Source of the DNA: Eremomyces bilateralis CBS 781.70
Lineage: Eukaryota
DNA length: 64,000 nucleotides
Assembly (NCBI GenBank): GCA_010015585.1
Contig: ML975173.1
Direction: 5' to 3' (one strand)
Shown here: positions 36,462 through 48,625 of the stretch, piece by piece
Layout of the letters: each line of letters begins with the position of its first letter
How positions within the stretch are numbered: position 1 is the first letter of the stretch
Translations under genes and position numbers: made by a program
The notes under the pieces: generated by a model
Databases searched by the model: none
The model's input: the letters and a program-made list of their open reading frames with translations, nothing else
What the model was told of the DNA's origin: nothing

Positions 36462-37722
36462 ATGGCTGAAGGTCCTTACCTCCCCAGCTCAGCGCACACC
36501 ACTATGGAGGCTATGCATTCTGGCCTACCGACGCCAGGATTGGCTACCTCCCACTCCTCTGACCTACAATATGGTGTTTCAGGCTTGGTGGATGTGTACA
36601 GTGGCGGGCTGCAAACCGTAGGCAGCGATGTAAGTGGGCCTTACGGTGACACCCAAGGTGCTCCCCCACAACCATATACAATGCTGATTGGTTTAGCAGG
36701 ATGGATATTCCCACATCACCTACACAAGCTCCATGTCCATGTTTCCACCACATACTTCGACGACAGCTGAGTTCGCGCCACCTGCATACGTTTTCAAAGG
36801 CGTAGAACCGCCGCTGCAGCCGTTGAACGCGATCGGAGCGTATGAATCGCTTCTACCGGCCCGACCCCATAGCAGCCCCAGCACTTTCGGACCAAGTCAA
36901 GAAGAAATTGTATGGCAAGGCGACCCCTCCAAGTCTCCGTATTCGAAGACTCCCCTCACTCGTGTGCCAACATTTCCAACCGGCGAAGGATCCGCCTTTG
37001 GATTTACCTTACCGGTGTCACGCGAATCATCTCCTATGAGCCGAGAACATCGGCATTCGGGTTCAATCTCATCCGTTACCGAACTCTACAACCCACAACC
37101 GCGTCGCGCATATGCTCATATCGCACCCAACCCGAACGGTCTGCAGCAGCTCCATGCACGCAAGCGAAAAGCCAGTGTCGACGAGTACGATTCCCCGCCG
37201 GTGAAGCGCAAGCGGCAAACTCCTCCCCCACTGGCCGGAGACATGACCGAGGAGGATAGGTTGCTTGTGAAGCTCAAAGACGAGGATGGGCTCGCATGGA
37301 AAGACATCGCGGCTCGGTTTCATAGCGAATTCGGCAAGCTGTACCAAGTTCCGGCTCTACAAATGCGGTTGAAACGACTCCGTGAAAAGATGCGGTTATG
37401 GACTGACGTGGACCTTCATGCTTTACGCATGGCATATGAGTACTGGGAGAGGAACAAGTTTGAGATCATCAGCGCCAAGGTATGTTTGGATTCATTCCTT
37501 CCTTCTTTACTTTTTCTAAGTCTTCTTTCTTTTCAGATGGCGGAATTCGGTGCGATGGAGAAATGGACGCCAAAGCAGTGCAGCCGAAAATGGCATTCGA
37601 TCCAGACCGGTTCTGACTATCCAAGTGCCATACAAACCCCGGCTTTCTCGTACACTTCTAGCCCCACGGACGGGCAACCACCGGCCGTTTTCGCGCCTTT
37701 TATCGGCATGACGCCTGCGTGA
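36462..37722 (+). CDS. Myb/SANT-like two-repeat putative transcription factor
   Basis: EEDRLLVKLKDEDGLAWKDIAARF..VPALQMRLKRLR and WTDVDLHAL..KWTPKQCSRKW, plus NLS-like RKRK/KRKR. Introns 36630-36696 and 37480-37536. The true start may lie further upstream. Confidence 0.75.
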
Positions 37723-40700
37723 GAGCGGTGATCTGCCGAGCCAGAGAAGCTTCATCTGGCTTTCAATTTCATGAAACGAACCTTTATCACGCCGAACACC
37801 ATGGCGATGAATCACGACTATTCTACACACGGGGAACGCGACTCTACCAAACATTACCGACGAAGGAATGTCGATGCGGCGAACGTATCTGCAGTACGGA
37901 TCTGTGAGAATATTCTTCTGCAGAAGGGCTACAGCGACCCTTTGTCCAATTGCCTCTTTTGCTCGATATCCAGTGGTATTTTTAACCTCGCTGTTCACTT
38001 CTCTTCCTCCTCAAGTTTCTGTTCGATTCTTCTTTTGAGACTCTTGTGTTCAAGCGCACTATTCATTGCATTGGCGGCTTTCCGTCCCGTTACGAGTCAC
38101 GTATGAAATTAGCGATTTAATTCTTTTGGGAGGTTTCAAGGGTCATCAAAGGCCTGGGTTCCCTATGGACAGAGTTCTTCTTATTCGTCCGAGCCTCAAT
38201 TTTAGAGTTTTTTCGCGGCCACTTCAGGTCAACTGTCAATAGTTACTCTTCGTCCCGGGTCATCACACCCGAAGTGTATTATTCTTCCACGTCAATATCA
38301 TCTTTCATAAGTGCTACGGTCAAGAACAGTCGGATCTCCTTGTGATAAATCGAACAAAATTCTAATTTGACTCTAGATGATAGCCCCTAGCATGACGACT
38401 AGCGCATCTTCGATATGGGTTCAGAGACTCTTTGGAGTGCCCGGCATAAATGTACCTTCAGGAACGCAACAGAATACTCTCGCGTGTTGGAAAGTCCGAA
38501 GAAGGCAGGTTGTCTGAGCATCATAGGTACCTCAAGCCTCTCCATCCACCAACGGAACTGATCCAGGAGGCTGGATATCGATGCCAACAACCATTCGTTG
38601 GGAATTGAATGAAAGCTAGGGCTAATCATCAAATGTCCAGATATTACAAGGCATGCAAGTCAGAAACAGTTGGGGAAAGAGGTCGGTTTGCCCCATGCAA
38701 ACTCTCTCGTCTGACTTTGTAGGGTCCCGTTACGAGAACGAGGAGAACGGGTGTTGAAGGCCGCTGAGTAAGTTTGATTGTGTCGTTATCGCACTTTCAT
38801 GTGCGTGCTACGTGGGAATCGAACCGCCGAGTCTGGCTTTGGGTTTGAATAAAGATCACTTCCCTAGCACTTCGTAGGTAAGTGAACAGATCCCAGCCGG
38901 ATGAGTTTCAACTACCAATATCCACGGCACGTACCAGTACGAACTATGGTACCGGACATTGGGCTCCAAGAAAGGTTAAACACAGAAGCACTGCCAAGTG
39001 TCAGCCATCCGCCTCTCGGTGGTATGAAGGATTCCATCACGCTTCGCGCCGTACTACGAACTACAATGGTGTTCGAGCCGTAGGGCCTTGTTGCGGTACC
39101 ACACCAGGCAGAACAATTTGCCTTCCCTGAGAGCACGACTTTTTAAAATGCAGTATTGAGTAGTGGGGTCCTTCAAAATCCGGATGTACAGACTACAGAG
39201 GAGTACACCGTTGACGCCTGACGGTAGGTATTATGGTGTCACCAAGCCGATGCATCGTATCATTTCAGGATATGTACAGGATAAGATCGTTTGCTTGGAT
39301 TCGGCCAATCGCTGGTGTCACATTGCGACCTGGGTACAAATTTGTGACAACCGTGAATCATGATGTGAACGATTTGCGAGCAACATGGATTCTCCCCAAC
39401 CGGCAAACCAGATGGAATTGCAATGGCGCATACAACATTCAGCATCTTCCAGTCAATCCTGTGCTGGCTACGATTCCATTAAATGCAGGGTGCAAGGGCA
39501 AGAGCCGTAGCCTGTATTCCGGATTAACGTTGTCCGGAATCCCCTACCGACACTTGTGCAGTCGTGCTACATCACATGAAAACGCCTCGGCCGCTCCATT
39601 GCATCACATTCTCAGTTCTCTCATCTCACTCTTTACCTCTCGTCCTCGACAATGATGCGACACAAGTGCACCAATTCGACGATTCTCCTTTCTTCTGGCC
39701 GTTCTTGTTCTCCCCAGTGACCAGTCCTCGCATTGCGCTATTGTCTTACCGCATTTAACCCTGTAAATCCGGGGTAAAAGGCATTTCGCTTGGTGGAGAT
39801 CGGGAACGGCCGCACTTGGTATCTTACACTGCCAATCCTGCTCCATCTGGTCTCCTTCCGCTTCAACGTTTTCTCGTCGTCTTCTTTGGGCGCCTAGATC
39901 GTCGTTTGTTGTCTTTTTTCCTAGTATGTTTTCTTCGTCTTTCCTTGGCTTTTGCGTTTCTTCTGGCCCAACCCCATTCCTGTTCAGTCTTAGAATGATA
40001 TATCGCATCACCGTTAGGTATCCATGACAAAGTCAGCCTAGCAGTAACGCTGGCATTCATCAATCCCACCCTCATTGGTGTGATGACGGTATTCAGTTTC
40101 ATGCCTAGTGCCTGAGAAAACTACTACCAGCCTACCCTACGTCCATGCTATTCTCCATCTCAGTGGTTTACCCCAGCACGTCGGCAGTGCACCCGTCCCC
40201 GGACTTGATACTATTGCCTAGTATCCATGCCGTGATGCCCTCATGGCTCACATGTGCCCTCGAATCTCTCCGGTTTGGCTAGAACCGGTTGCGAGTTTGC
40301 GACGTCCCATCTCGCAAACAGGGCAATTCACCCATCACCTATCGGAGACTTGCCCTCTCATCCTTCATACACTTTGGAGCTAGACACGGTCGTCCAGGGA
40401 ATATTCCTGTTCACCCCGGCCATCCAAAGGTCCTGAAATGCATCATGACCCCCAAGTGGCGAGAAACAGTTCCTGGCACCAACTGTGGTGTCGATCTCAT
40501 GCTGATTTAGCTCGCCCTCCCAAGCATGTGAAGTACAGTTTACTTGGATAGCGGATAGGTGGTATAAAGGTGCGATGTCTTCAACGCCTTCTTAGAGTCC
40601 ATCCTGAACTTAAGCCCCTTATAATCGCGTTCACTCCATTTCCTCGCTAGTTGCATCACAGTTCACACCTTCCACTCGTTTATAGCTGCGAGTGAATTCA

Positions 40701-40749
40701 GACAGCTCCCTATTCAAGCCTTTAATCATCCGAGTACATATCAATCAAG

Positions 40750-41586
40750 ATGAAGTTCACCACTCTTCCTGTGGCCGCTTTGGCCCTGGGTGCCATGGCC
40801 GCAACCCCTTCGCGGGTTCAGTACAAGCCAACGCTCGTTGATCGTGACGTTGCTACTATCAGCAGCATCATCTCTACCATCGACGGCCTCGCCGCTGACC
40901 TGGGCTCCACTGTCGAAGCCTTCTCCGGCGACATCGGCCCTGTTGGAGCTGCCGCCTCCGCACTCCTAAGCGGAATTGCGGATGGCGTCAGCACTATTAA
41001 GGAATCCGACGAGCTTGTTCTCACCGATGCCCTTCAGCTCCAACCGCCTGTTCAAAAACTCACCGCCACCGCGAACGACGTGGTTGACGCCGTCATCGCC
41101 AAGAAGCCCGATTTCGTCGCCGCCGACGCCGGTGGCATCGTCTACCAACAGCTCAAGGATCAGCAGACCGGCGCCCAGCAACTCACCGAAGCCATCACTT
41201 CCAAGGTTCCGGAAAGCGTCCGAGACATTGCCGCCACCCTCGCCGCCGGCATCAACGAAGCTTTCCAGCGCGGCGTCGATGCCTATTCTGATCAGGAGGG
41301 TCAGACCCCTGGCAAGGGCGGCAGCAGCTCTTCTGCCCCCCAAAGCTCCTCAGCGGCTCCGACCAAGACCTCCAGTGCCTCCTCGGGCGGTAGGACCTCT
41401 CCCACCGGCACCGGCAGCCCTAGCGGTCATCCATCCGGCAGTGGAGGCGCGAAGCCTCCCAAACCAACCGGGTCCTCTCCCCCTAAGCCCACCGGCCCCT
41501 CTCCGCCAATATACACTGGCGCAGCTTCCGCCAATAAGGTCGGTGGCCTCGTTGCTGCCATGGCCGTCGCCGTCGCCGTCTTTTAA
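40750..41586 (+). CDS. Secreted, probably GPI-anchored HsbA/Mp1-type cell wall mannoprotein
   Basis: Signal peptide, helical HsbA-like domain (VIAKKPDF..LKDQQTGAQQLTEAITSKVP), S/T/P/G-rich stalk and YTGAASANK + hydrophobic tail. TATAAA at 40563. Confidence 0.85.
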   Translation: MKFTTLPVAALALGAMAATPSRVQYKPTLVDRDVATISSIISTIDGLAADLGSTVEAFSGDIGPVGAAASALLSGIADGVSTIKESDELVLTDALQLQPPVQKLTATANDVVDAVIAKKPDFVAADAGGIVYQQLKDQQTGAQQLTEAITSKVPESVRDIAATLAAGINEAFQRGVDAYSDQEGQTPGKGGSSSSAPQSSSAAPTKTSSASSGGRTSPTGTGSPSGHPSGSGGAKPPKPTGSSPPKPTGPSPPIYTGAASANKVGGLVAAMAVAVAVF

Positions 41587-42340
41587 GCAACATGATCTGC
41601 ATTGCCGGCCTGTCGCCCTAGAGGCTATAGGGTTGATGCGTCCGGATAGTGCTGCACTCGTGTAGCGAGTCGGTCGGAAGCAGTTTAATAGACGGGGAAC
41701 GTCGACATGAGGGGAGGTGGTCAATGATCGAGTCCAGCAGATAAGCAAATCGAGTCTCGGCTCTTGTTATTAGTCGCCCTTCCATACATATATCGGCAGG
41801 AACGTCCTGTACTTGTAAATCTAATAATACCTTCCTTGTTGCAGCAATTCACGGCAGGCTCACATAATTTTGTCACACTGCGACCAGGTAGAAGCATGTA
41901 CAATCATTCGGCCTGTTGACAATTACTCCTGCGATTTGCATCGATCTCCCGTAGCAATCGTCCACTCGGACTACTCACGGGTCGTCTGAGGGTTGGCAGT
42001 TTGGATCTTTCTCGAACCCCAATGGAGGACATGTTCGCGCCCCTTGGCTGACACCATTCATCGATCCCATCCACGTATAATTATAGCTCATCATTCGCCA
42101 GCCGCATGGAGGGCACTTGACTTGAAAGGAAATGACCCTTCACTGCCGCATTATCTGAACCTCGATTAGAGGTGAATCATCATATAGGTACAATTGTCCA
42201 GGATATCATTGACCACGCATGATCCAGACCACCTGAACGCCAACTCCGTTCCTTTGAACACTCACAGAACCCAAATGGATATCGCCCTTCGAACCCAATA
42301 GAAAACATGGTGTTGGCCGTTGCTAGCCTTATCTCCTGGT

Positions 42341-44008
42341 TCAAACCATCGGTCTTGGCTGAGTCGGCTGCATGTCTTCCTCTCGTACACTCGCATGGCT
42401 CGGCATATTACCCAACTGTATGTCACTTCTCGTAGCGTTGAAGCTGGTATAACCGCCGCCGTATGGCGAAGCCCCCGCCGCCAACCCCGCCCCCGACCCT
42501 CCGTAGATCCCCTGTTCTTGGGGCGGCCGTCCGTGGCCCTCTCCATTGCCCGTCTCATAGGGAGGTGGCTGTGGTCCGGAGGGGTACGGACCCGGTCTGG
42601 CGCCCTTGGGTCCTCGTTTTCCGCGGAAGAACTTCCACCCCGTCGTGGCTGCGAAGACGAGCGCGACGAGCACCAGGATGACGATGTACGGGATGAGGTA
42701 GAAGGAATTTTGCGCGAAGGCGAAGCCGAGACCGGCGTTGGCGAGGCCAAGGAGGAGGGTGACCGGACCGAGAGCCAGCTTGTGGATCTTGATGAGGGGC
42801 GTGGTCTGTTCGGTGCGCATGAATTTGCGGTGATGGAGGAATCCAATGGCGAACTGGGTGAAGAGAAAAGCCATGACTATCACGCCGATGATTTGGTGGG
42901 CTGAGAAATGTTTGCTCTAAAGACACGTCAGTCCGGGTCGTCTATCGTGGGCCAAGGTTTATCTACCCGATTGAACAATGGGGTCAAGTAGATGCCAACG
43001 CTCATTCCGCAGAGGGAGAGGAATAAACCAAAGCCCTGCAGCCACATGTGCAGCTTCACCCGCTCCATGATCCGCACAGCAATAATCCCCATCGGGAACA
43101 CAATGAGAAAAGCGACACACATGATCGAACCATGCGCCCAGCTCGCTTGGTTAAAATCCTCATGCAGAGAGCCAACCATTTGAGCCCCTTGTGGCGCGGT
43201 CCCTAACGGGGGGATATCGACGTCGTCGTCGCTCTGCGTGGAGGCAGCGACCATGTCCATGGTGAAACTACCAAACGAATCATGCCGGCGAAGGGGCGCG
43301 GATTTATCGTCCGTATTCATCGCATATCGGGATCCAGGAACTCCTAAAGCAAAGATCCAGCTCTGGTCCTTCTTCGTCAAGTCAATCCATGGATCGGGGA
43401 CTCGCAGGCACGATTTACAGTGCGCCGTAAGGAAATATTGGTCCCCGGATATGCCGTTCGCATGCGCTTGCCCTGGATCGGGGTGAATGATGTCGAGCTG
43501 TATCGAGCTGTCATAGATAGGCTCACTATTGCCGTAGGCTCGTCGTGGTGAGACGGTGATTCCTATACCCAAATGTCAATATAACGTTTGCCCATTCCAA
43601 GGTTTACATACCCGTCTTATTGGCACTGGAATAGATGATGAACATCAGGCTGCCCTTCATCCGGCTTCCCGTGCCGATTGCAAACCAACTGTATACGGCC
43701 GGGGCGGACAGACGGAAATAGAGGTCGCCAGACTCTTGGATCGCGGCGACTGTGAATGCGATATACCCGTCATCGTGGGCTTGGGAGTAGTAGAAAGTCG
43801 ACGAAGGGTTGCCTGCGGAGGTCGAATTGTTTTGGCGCGCAACTAACTCCTGGTCGAGGTCGGTGGAGGGTGATGTGCCGGCTGCCCATGCTGCCGGTCT
43901 TGTTAGCGAAATGGACTATCAGAAGAGGAATCGCAAATTGTATCACATACACACGAGGAGGAGCAACACAGCGACAAAGTACAAACGCAATGAATGTGCG
44001 ATAGCCAT
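42341..44008 (-). CDS. Signal peptide + DOMON (CDH-cytochrome-like) + cytochrome b561 membrane protein
   Basis: Spliced N-terminus MAIAHSLRLYFVAVLLLLV..GDLYFRLSAPAVYSWFAIGTGSRMKGSLMFIIY; RRHDSFG. The b561 histidines fall in WAHGSIM, KLHMWLQ, SAHQII and KIHKLALG. Three introns. Confidence 0.82.
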
Positions 44009-44277
44009 GGCTACGATTATGGATGTCCTTGAAGCAGAGGTGCACCGTCAGAGAAGATGCGGTCGATAGGGTGGGGATAGACAAAGGAGGGATCAGGGAA
44101 AGGAGCAAGCATTAGAATTAAGTATCTGCAGTTCAAAAAAGAGGGCCAAGTACTTTGCTGCTGGAGGAATGATGCAAGGTAATATAGAAAGCCATCACCA
44201 GACCCGACAGCATATGGAGCTTCACAGCTTTCAGGTTGCACCAGCTGAGATTGTCGTGAGGGATGGGGATTGTTGTC

Positions 44278-44304
44278 GTTCACAGTTCACAGTTCACAGT
44301 TCAC
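44278..44304 (+). repeat. Heptamer microsatellite (GTTCACA) x~4
   Basis: gttcacagttcacagttcacagttcac. Confidence 0.85.
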
Positions 44305-44635
44305 CACACATGCAGCTATTCAATTCTTTCGATCAATCATCAAGGCTTGCAGCACCTAAGGGAATTAGCGGCGCCTCCATTCCACTGCACTCCACCCAAT
44401 CAGTGGATCAGATGGAATTATTACTTATTAGCGGGGTCATTAGCTACAGCCTACAGGATCATTAGTTCATCCCTCCTGACAGTCAGGGGTGAATATAAAA
44501 CATGCATCCCGATGACGTTGACTCATTGACACATTGACAACGTCTGCCACGGGTATATTTCTTCAAATTTCACGTATATATCAACAGATGCTGGTCCTAG
44601 AAAGGAACCAAAGCGCCTTCATAATCGCCATAACT

Positions 44636-45410
44636 TCAGAGTCGAGCTCCACTAGACTTCCCGGTCTTCTTATCCCTTCGCTCCAATCTAACCATCTCCT
44701 CGATTACCTGCAGGAGCAAATCTTGACCTTGACGGATCAAGTCTGCTGAGCAACCCGACGGGACATGGAAAAATATGCCTTTGACATGCCTTCCGTCTCT
44801 GCTCAGCCTCTGTGAATGTACCAAGGAATTGTAGAAGATGAACTCGCACAAATAGAGGCCCGCATCGTCCGATACATAGATCTTGAGATTCCTATGACTG
44901 GAATCAGCATGTGAACATCTCGAACGTCGAGCCTGCTTACTTTTGATGCTGCAATGCCTTCACAATTCGATCAACATTGATACTTGTATGGACCTCCTTG
45001 GGCAATTCCGCCCACTCCTTTGTCTGAGGAGGCTTGAAATACCGTCCATCGACGTCTTTGGCCTCGTATGGGCCTTTTCTTGCCCGGGTTTCCACACGAT
45101 ACTCGACGTCCTCGCCGGCGACGCCCACATGAACGAAGTATTCCACCTTGGGATACATTCGGTAGAGCCGCGGAACGAGCGGGAGAACCGCACTATACGC
45201 CACCGGGATCGGGCTCTGATATTTCCTGAGCCGGATGCGCTCGCCATATCTTTCGATCCTGTCGGGCAACCCGGAGACGATCTTGAACGACGCGTTCTCC
45301 TGGAGGTCGCGAAATGGCTGGCACTAGCAATCAGCTGTGTTTTTATGCAAGGAGATGGTTGAACCCCGCACGCCGTAGCCCGTCACCACAACTTCCACAT
45401 CTTCCATCAT
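44636..45410 (-). CDS. Pyroglutamyl-peptidase I (peptidase C15)
   Basis: VVVTGYGPF..NAS, FVHVGV, YRVETRA (Glu), SDDAGLYLCEFIFYNSL (Cys) and FFHVP (His); two introns. Confidence 0.9.
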
Positions 45411-45930
45411 TTATGAATTTGAACCAGCAACAGGTAGGTAAATATAGGAATAGTACGCTCGAGGCAAAGATGGAGAGTGGATGTACACCTCACCCTTTGT
45501 CCATTCACGTCACGATTGGGAGCACCTGATCCTATGGACATGTAGATGCTATTCCAAAATACTATCCCTATTTTGAAGGAGAACAAGCATCATGGAAGAG
45601 GAAAATTCCTTATTTATGTAACTGAATATTAGAAAAATGACCGTCCCTCGTAGAACAACCAGGCCATCACATTTACGCGAGTCTCGATCCCATCTGATTG
45701 TTTCCACCCCGCTCCATCTCATATTACTAGGAACCCCCTGCTTCCCACCATTCAAGCACATGTCTAGCCGATGGGAAGTGGATCGTCGACATCATCTTGC
45801 AAGTGTCATCGTCCGAGAAATGGCCTCATCATCATCTTGATGATCAAGCATACCAACTGATCTCTCCAAGTCCTTTTATAACATGTAACGCCAGCTATAC
45901 GAATTGCAGAAAGAGATCCCTACACTCACC

Positions 45931-47274
45931 ATGACCGACTATACTCCTGAGCTCGTATGGTCCCTCCCATTCAGCTTATAAAGTCCATCTAACCAACTGT
46001 AGGATGCCTTTACCCTCTACCATCTCGAACAAGAGGAAGAGGCTATAGATTCGATTCCCGATGCTGGAGGCGCGCTTCCAGCTTTAGGCCATGCCGTTTC
46101 CGGCTCCATCGGTGCCGCCCTTTCTCGCGTCATCATCTACCCCCTCGAACTCATCATTACTAGGCTACAAGCCAAACGCCGGAAATCCAGCCCGGACGGA
46201 GACAACGGCGACACGGACGATGTAGAAGACGGTTCGATTGTAGCCGAGGCCGTTAAAATATACAAAGATGGAGGCTTCTCAGCGTTCTATGTCAGTCTGT
46301 TGCCAGATACCGCGAAAACCGTCCTTGATTCGTTTCTTTTCTTCCTCGCCTACAATTTCCTCCAACAATCCCGCCAAAGAGCGCATGTAGCGCAGGGCGT
46401 GAGCTCGAACCCCAAGCGGCTCTCCGTCGCCGAGCAGCTCCTCATCGGCATGGGGGCTGGGGCTTTCTCCCGCCTCTTCACCACCCCTCTGCAGACCGTG
46501 GTCACACGACAACAAGCGACGAAGAATTCGAATTCTATAGCTGCGAACATGTCCACGTTGCAGACCGCAAAGCAGATACGGCAAGACTCGGGATTATCCG
46601 CATTCTGGGCCGGATATCCCTACAGTCTAATCCTTACTCTCAATCCTTCTCTTACGTTCATTCTTCACAATTTCCTGCTTCGCGTAACCGTCCCGAGGTC
46701 AAAACGTGAGAATCCACCTGCCAGGGCCACATTCCTGATCGCAGCGGTTGCCAAGGCTCTCGCATCGCTGGTGACGTACCCCGTCGCCCTCGCGAAGACT
46801 CGAGCGCAGCTCGGGCTATCTCGTGACTCAAAACGGGCCGACCCCAAGAAAGAGAAGTCGCCAGAGTTGACCACGCGGTACAACCAATTGCTCCGCGTCC
46901 TCTCGTACCCTGGACTCAACGTCTTCGCGGCCATATACGAGATCATCATCGAAGAGGGTCCCTCCGGCCTTTACAAAGGTGTTTCAGGAGAACTGCTCAA
47001 AAGCTTCCTTGGCCACGGCCTGACCATGGCGACCAAAGCGCGAATTCACTCCCTGGTGATTCAGTCGTACTTCTTCCTCTTGCGAATCTTTCGGAGACTC
47101 CCCGTGGAAAAGGCCGGAGAAAAATTGAAGGATGACGCGGTCGATGTGGCTAAGCGAGTCGTCGATGTTGGCAAAACTGCTGTTGATAAAGTGAAACCGG
47201 GGACTGAAGTGCTCTCAGACAAAATTGAGGAGTTAGGAGATATCCTCGAAGAAGTGTTGAGAGGGAAAGAGTAA
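45931..47274 (+). CDS. ANT1: Mitochondrial-carrier-family protein, peroxisomal adenine nucleotide transporter Ant1-like
   Basis: LPALGHAVSGSIG..YPLELIITRLQ, TTPLQTVVTRQQ, LILTLNPSLTF and TYPVALAKTRAQ repeats; intron 45955-46002. Confidence 0.82.
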
Positions 47275-47903
47275 TGAGCCGCCAGGGCATGTCGTTATTG
47301 GTTTCGGCAGCGTTTCGGCGTCTATCATTTGAATTGCATTGGTCCGCAGTCCAGAATCTTCTGGGGGTAAAATTCTTTTTGCGGAAAAGGATCGAGATGA
47401 CTGATAACACTGCGGTTATGATGGCAAGGTGTAACCCGCAAGTTCAGTGACGGCTACCACTGCCCTGAGTGCACTTGTCGAGCCCCGTCTTTGAGGTGAA
47501 AGGAGCTGGGAGATGGCAATTTAGGATATTATCTCTCGCGGCCCAAGTGCTGTCTTAGCGGGGCCCGATGGGCATTATGATGAATATTCTGGTCACGTTC
47601 ACACGACCGCTTCGAATCCATTCACAAGATTGTTTCGAGTCGTAAAAACAAACAGTACATTTCCTGTTTCATACAACACCCATGAACAATGCACAATTCC
47701 TGGGGATAACCGCAATTTCTCTTTGGATACAGGACAGCCAAACCATGACAAGTTAATTCACCATGACACGAACCAAGAAATCACTAGGATTGGGCAGTCC
47801 GTCCCGCACGAAGCGTCCATAACCTGGTACGTTTCTCAACTTCCCAAAGACCCAAGACGTACGCCGATACATTACCTTAGAGACCAGTCACTACTACTCC
47901 ATC

Positions 47904-48419
47904 ATGGGCTTAGTGTCGAATACCACCTTGTCTAATCATGTCCTCCCTCCCCCCTGCGACGAGTCGATGACGAGCATTTACCTGTACTCGGAAACCGCCC
48001 GATTCCTCCAGTCGTGGACCGTCAACGAGCTCCAACGACGTGGAGTGAACAGCATCCTTAAGATCTCTAACATCGACGGCGCCTCTCTCGTTGACTGATG
48101 TCGGGTTGCGAGCGGACTTGAGACGTGGAGGGGACGGGCATTGAAAGTCTGCGTCCCCGCACCCAGCGATATCGACGCTTCGGAATTCTACATGGAGGAA
48201 GTCCCTCTCATCGATGCGTCCGGAACGGTGCGAATATCCCACTTGGTGAACGCGTTCGTCCGAGGCCATTCGCCGGTCAACTTGATTATCCGAACGGCCG
48301 CGGTGGCCGGGAGGCCGAGGAAGAATGCGGTCTCGAAGAAACAAAAGTTGGACGCGGCACAGGATAACTTTCGCAGTGACGAATACCGGTGGGACGGGGA
48401 GCCAGTGGAGGTGGAGTAG
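47904..48419 (+). pseudogene. Possible degenerate or orphan gene: one reading frame broken by a single TGA
   Basis: ORFs 47904-48098 and 48141-48419 share a frame, and the only stop is TGA at 48096-48098. Composition is protein-like, but no family was recognised. Confidence 0.35.
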
Positions 48420-48625
48420 GTGGATGTGGATGAGTCGCACAATGGGACCTTTGGCTAGAGGGGATATCTCACAGGCGCCGTTGTTATTGAGAGGAAGAGA
48501 GGAAACCCGACAATAGTATATTCAAATTAAAGCCATGTCTCAAGCATGATAAAGCTCTCAGCCCTATCTGGCCACGAAATTGCCCTTCGGTGAGAGTGTA
48601 AGAAAAGACGGATACATCTCAGACA

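Noticed and set aside
47575..47625. ATGATGA (C-box-like) and TTCGAATCC (tRNA T-loop-like) words
   Set aside because: No matching D box with a terminal stem, and no cloverleaf or acceptor stem could be built.
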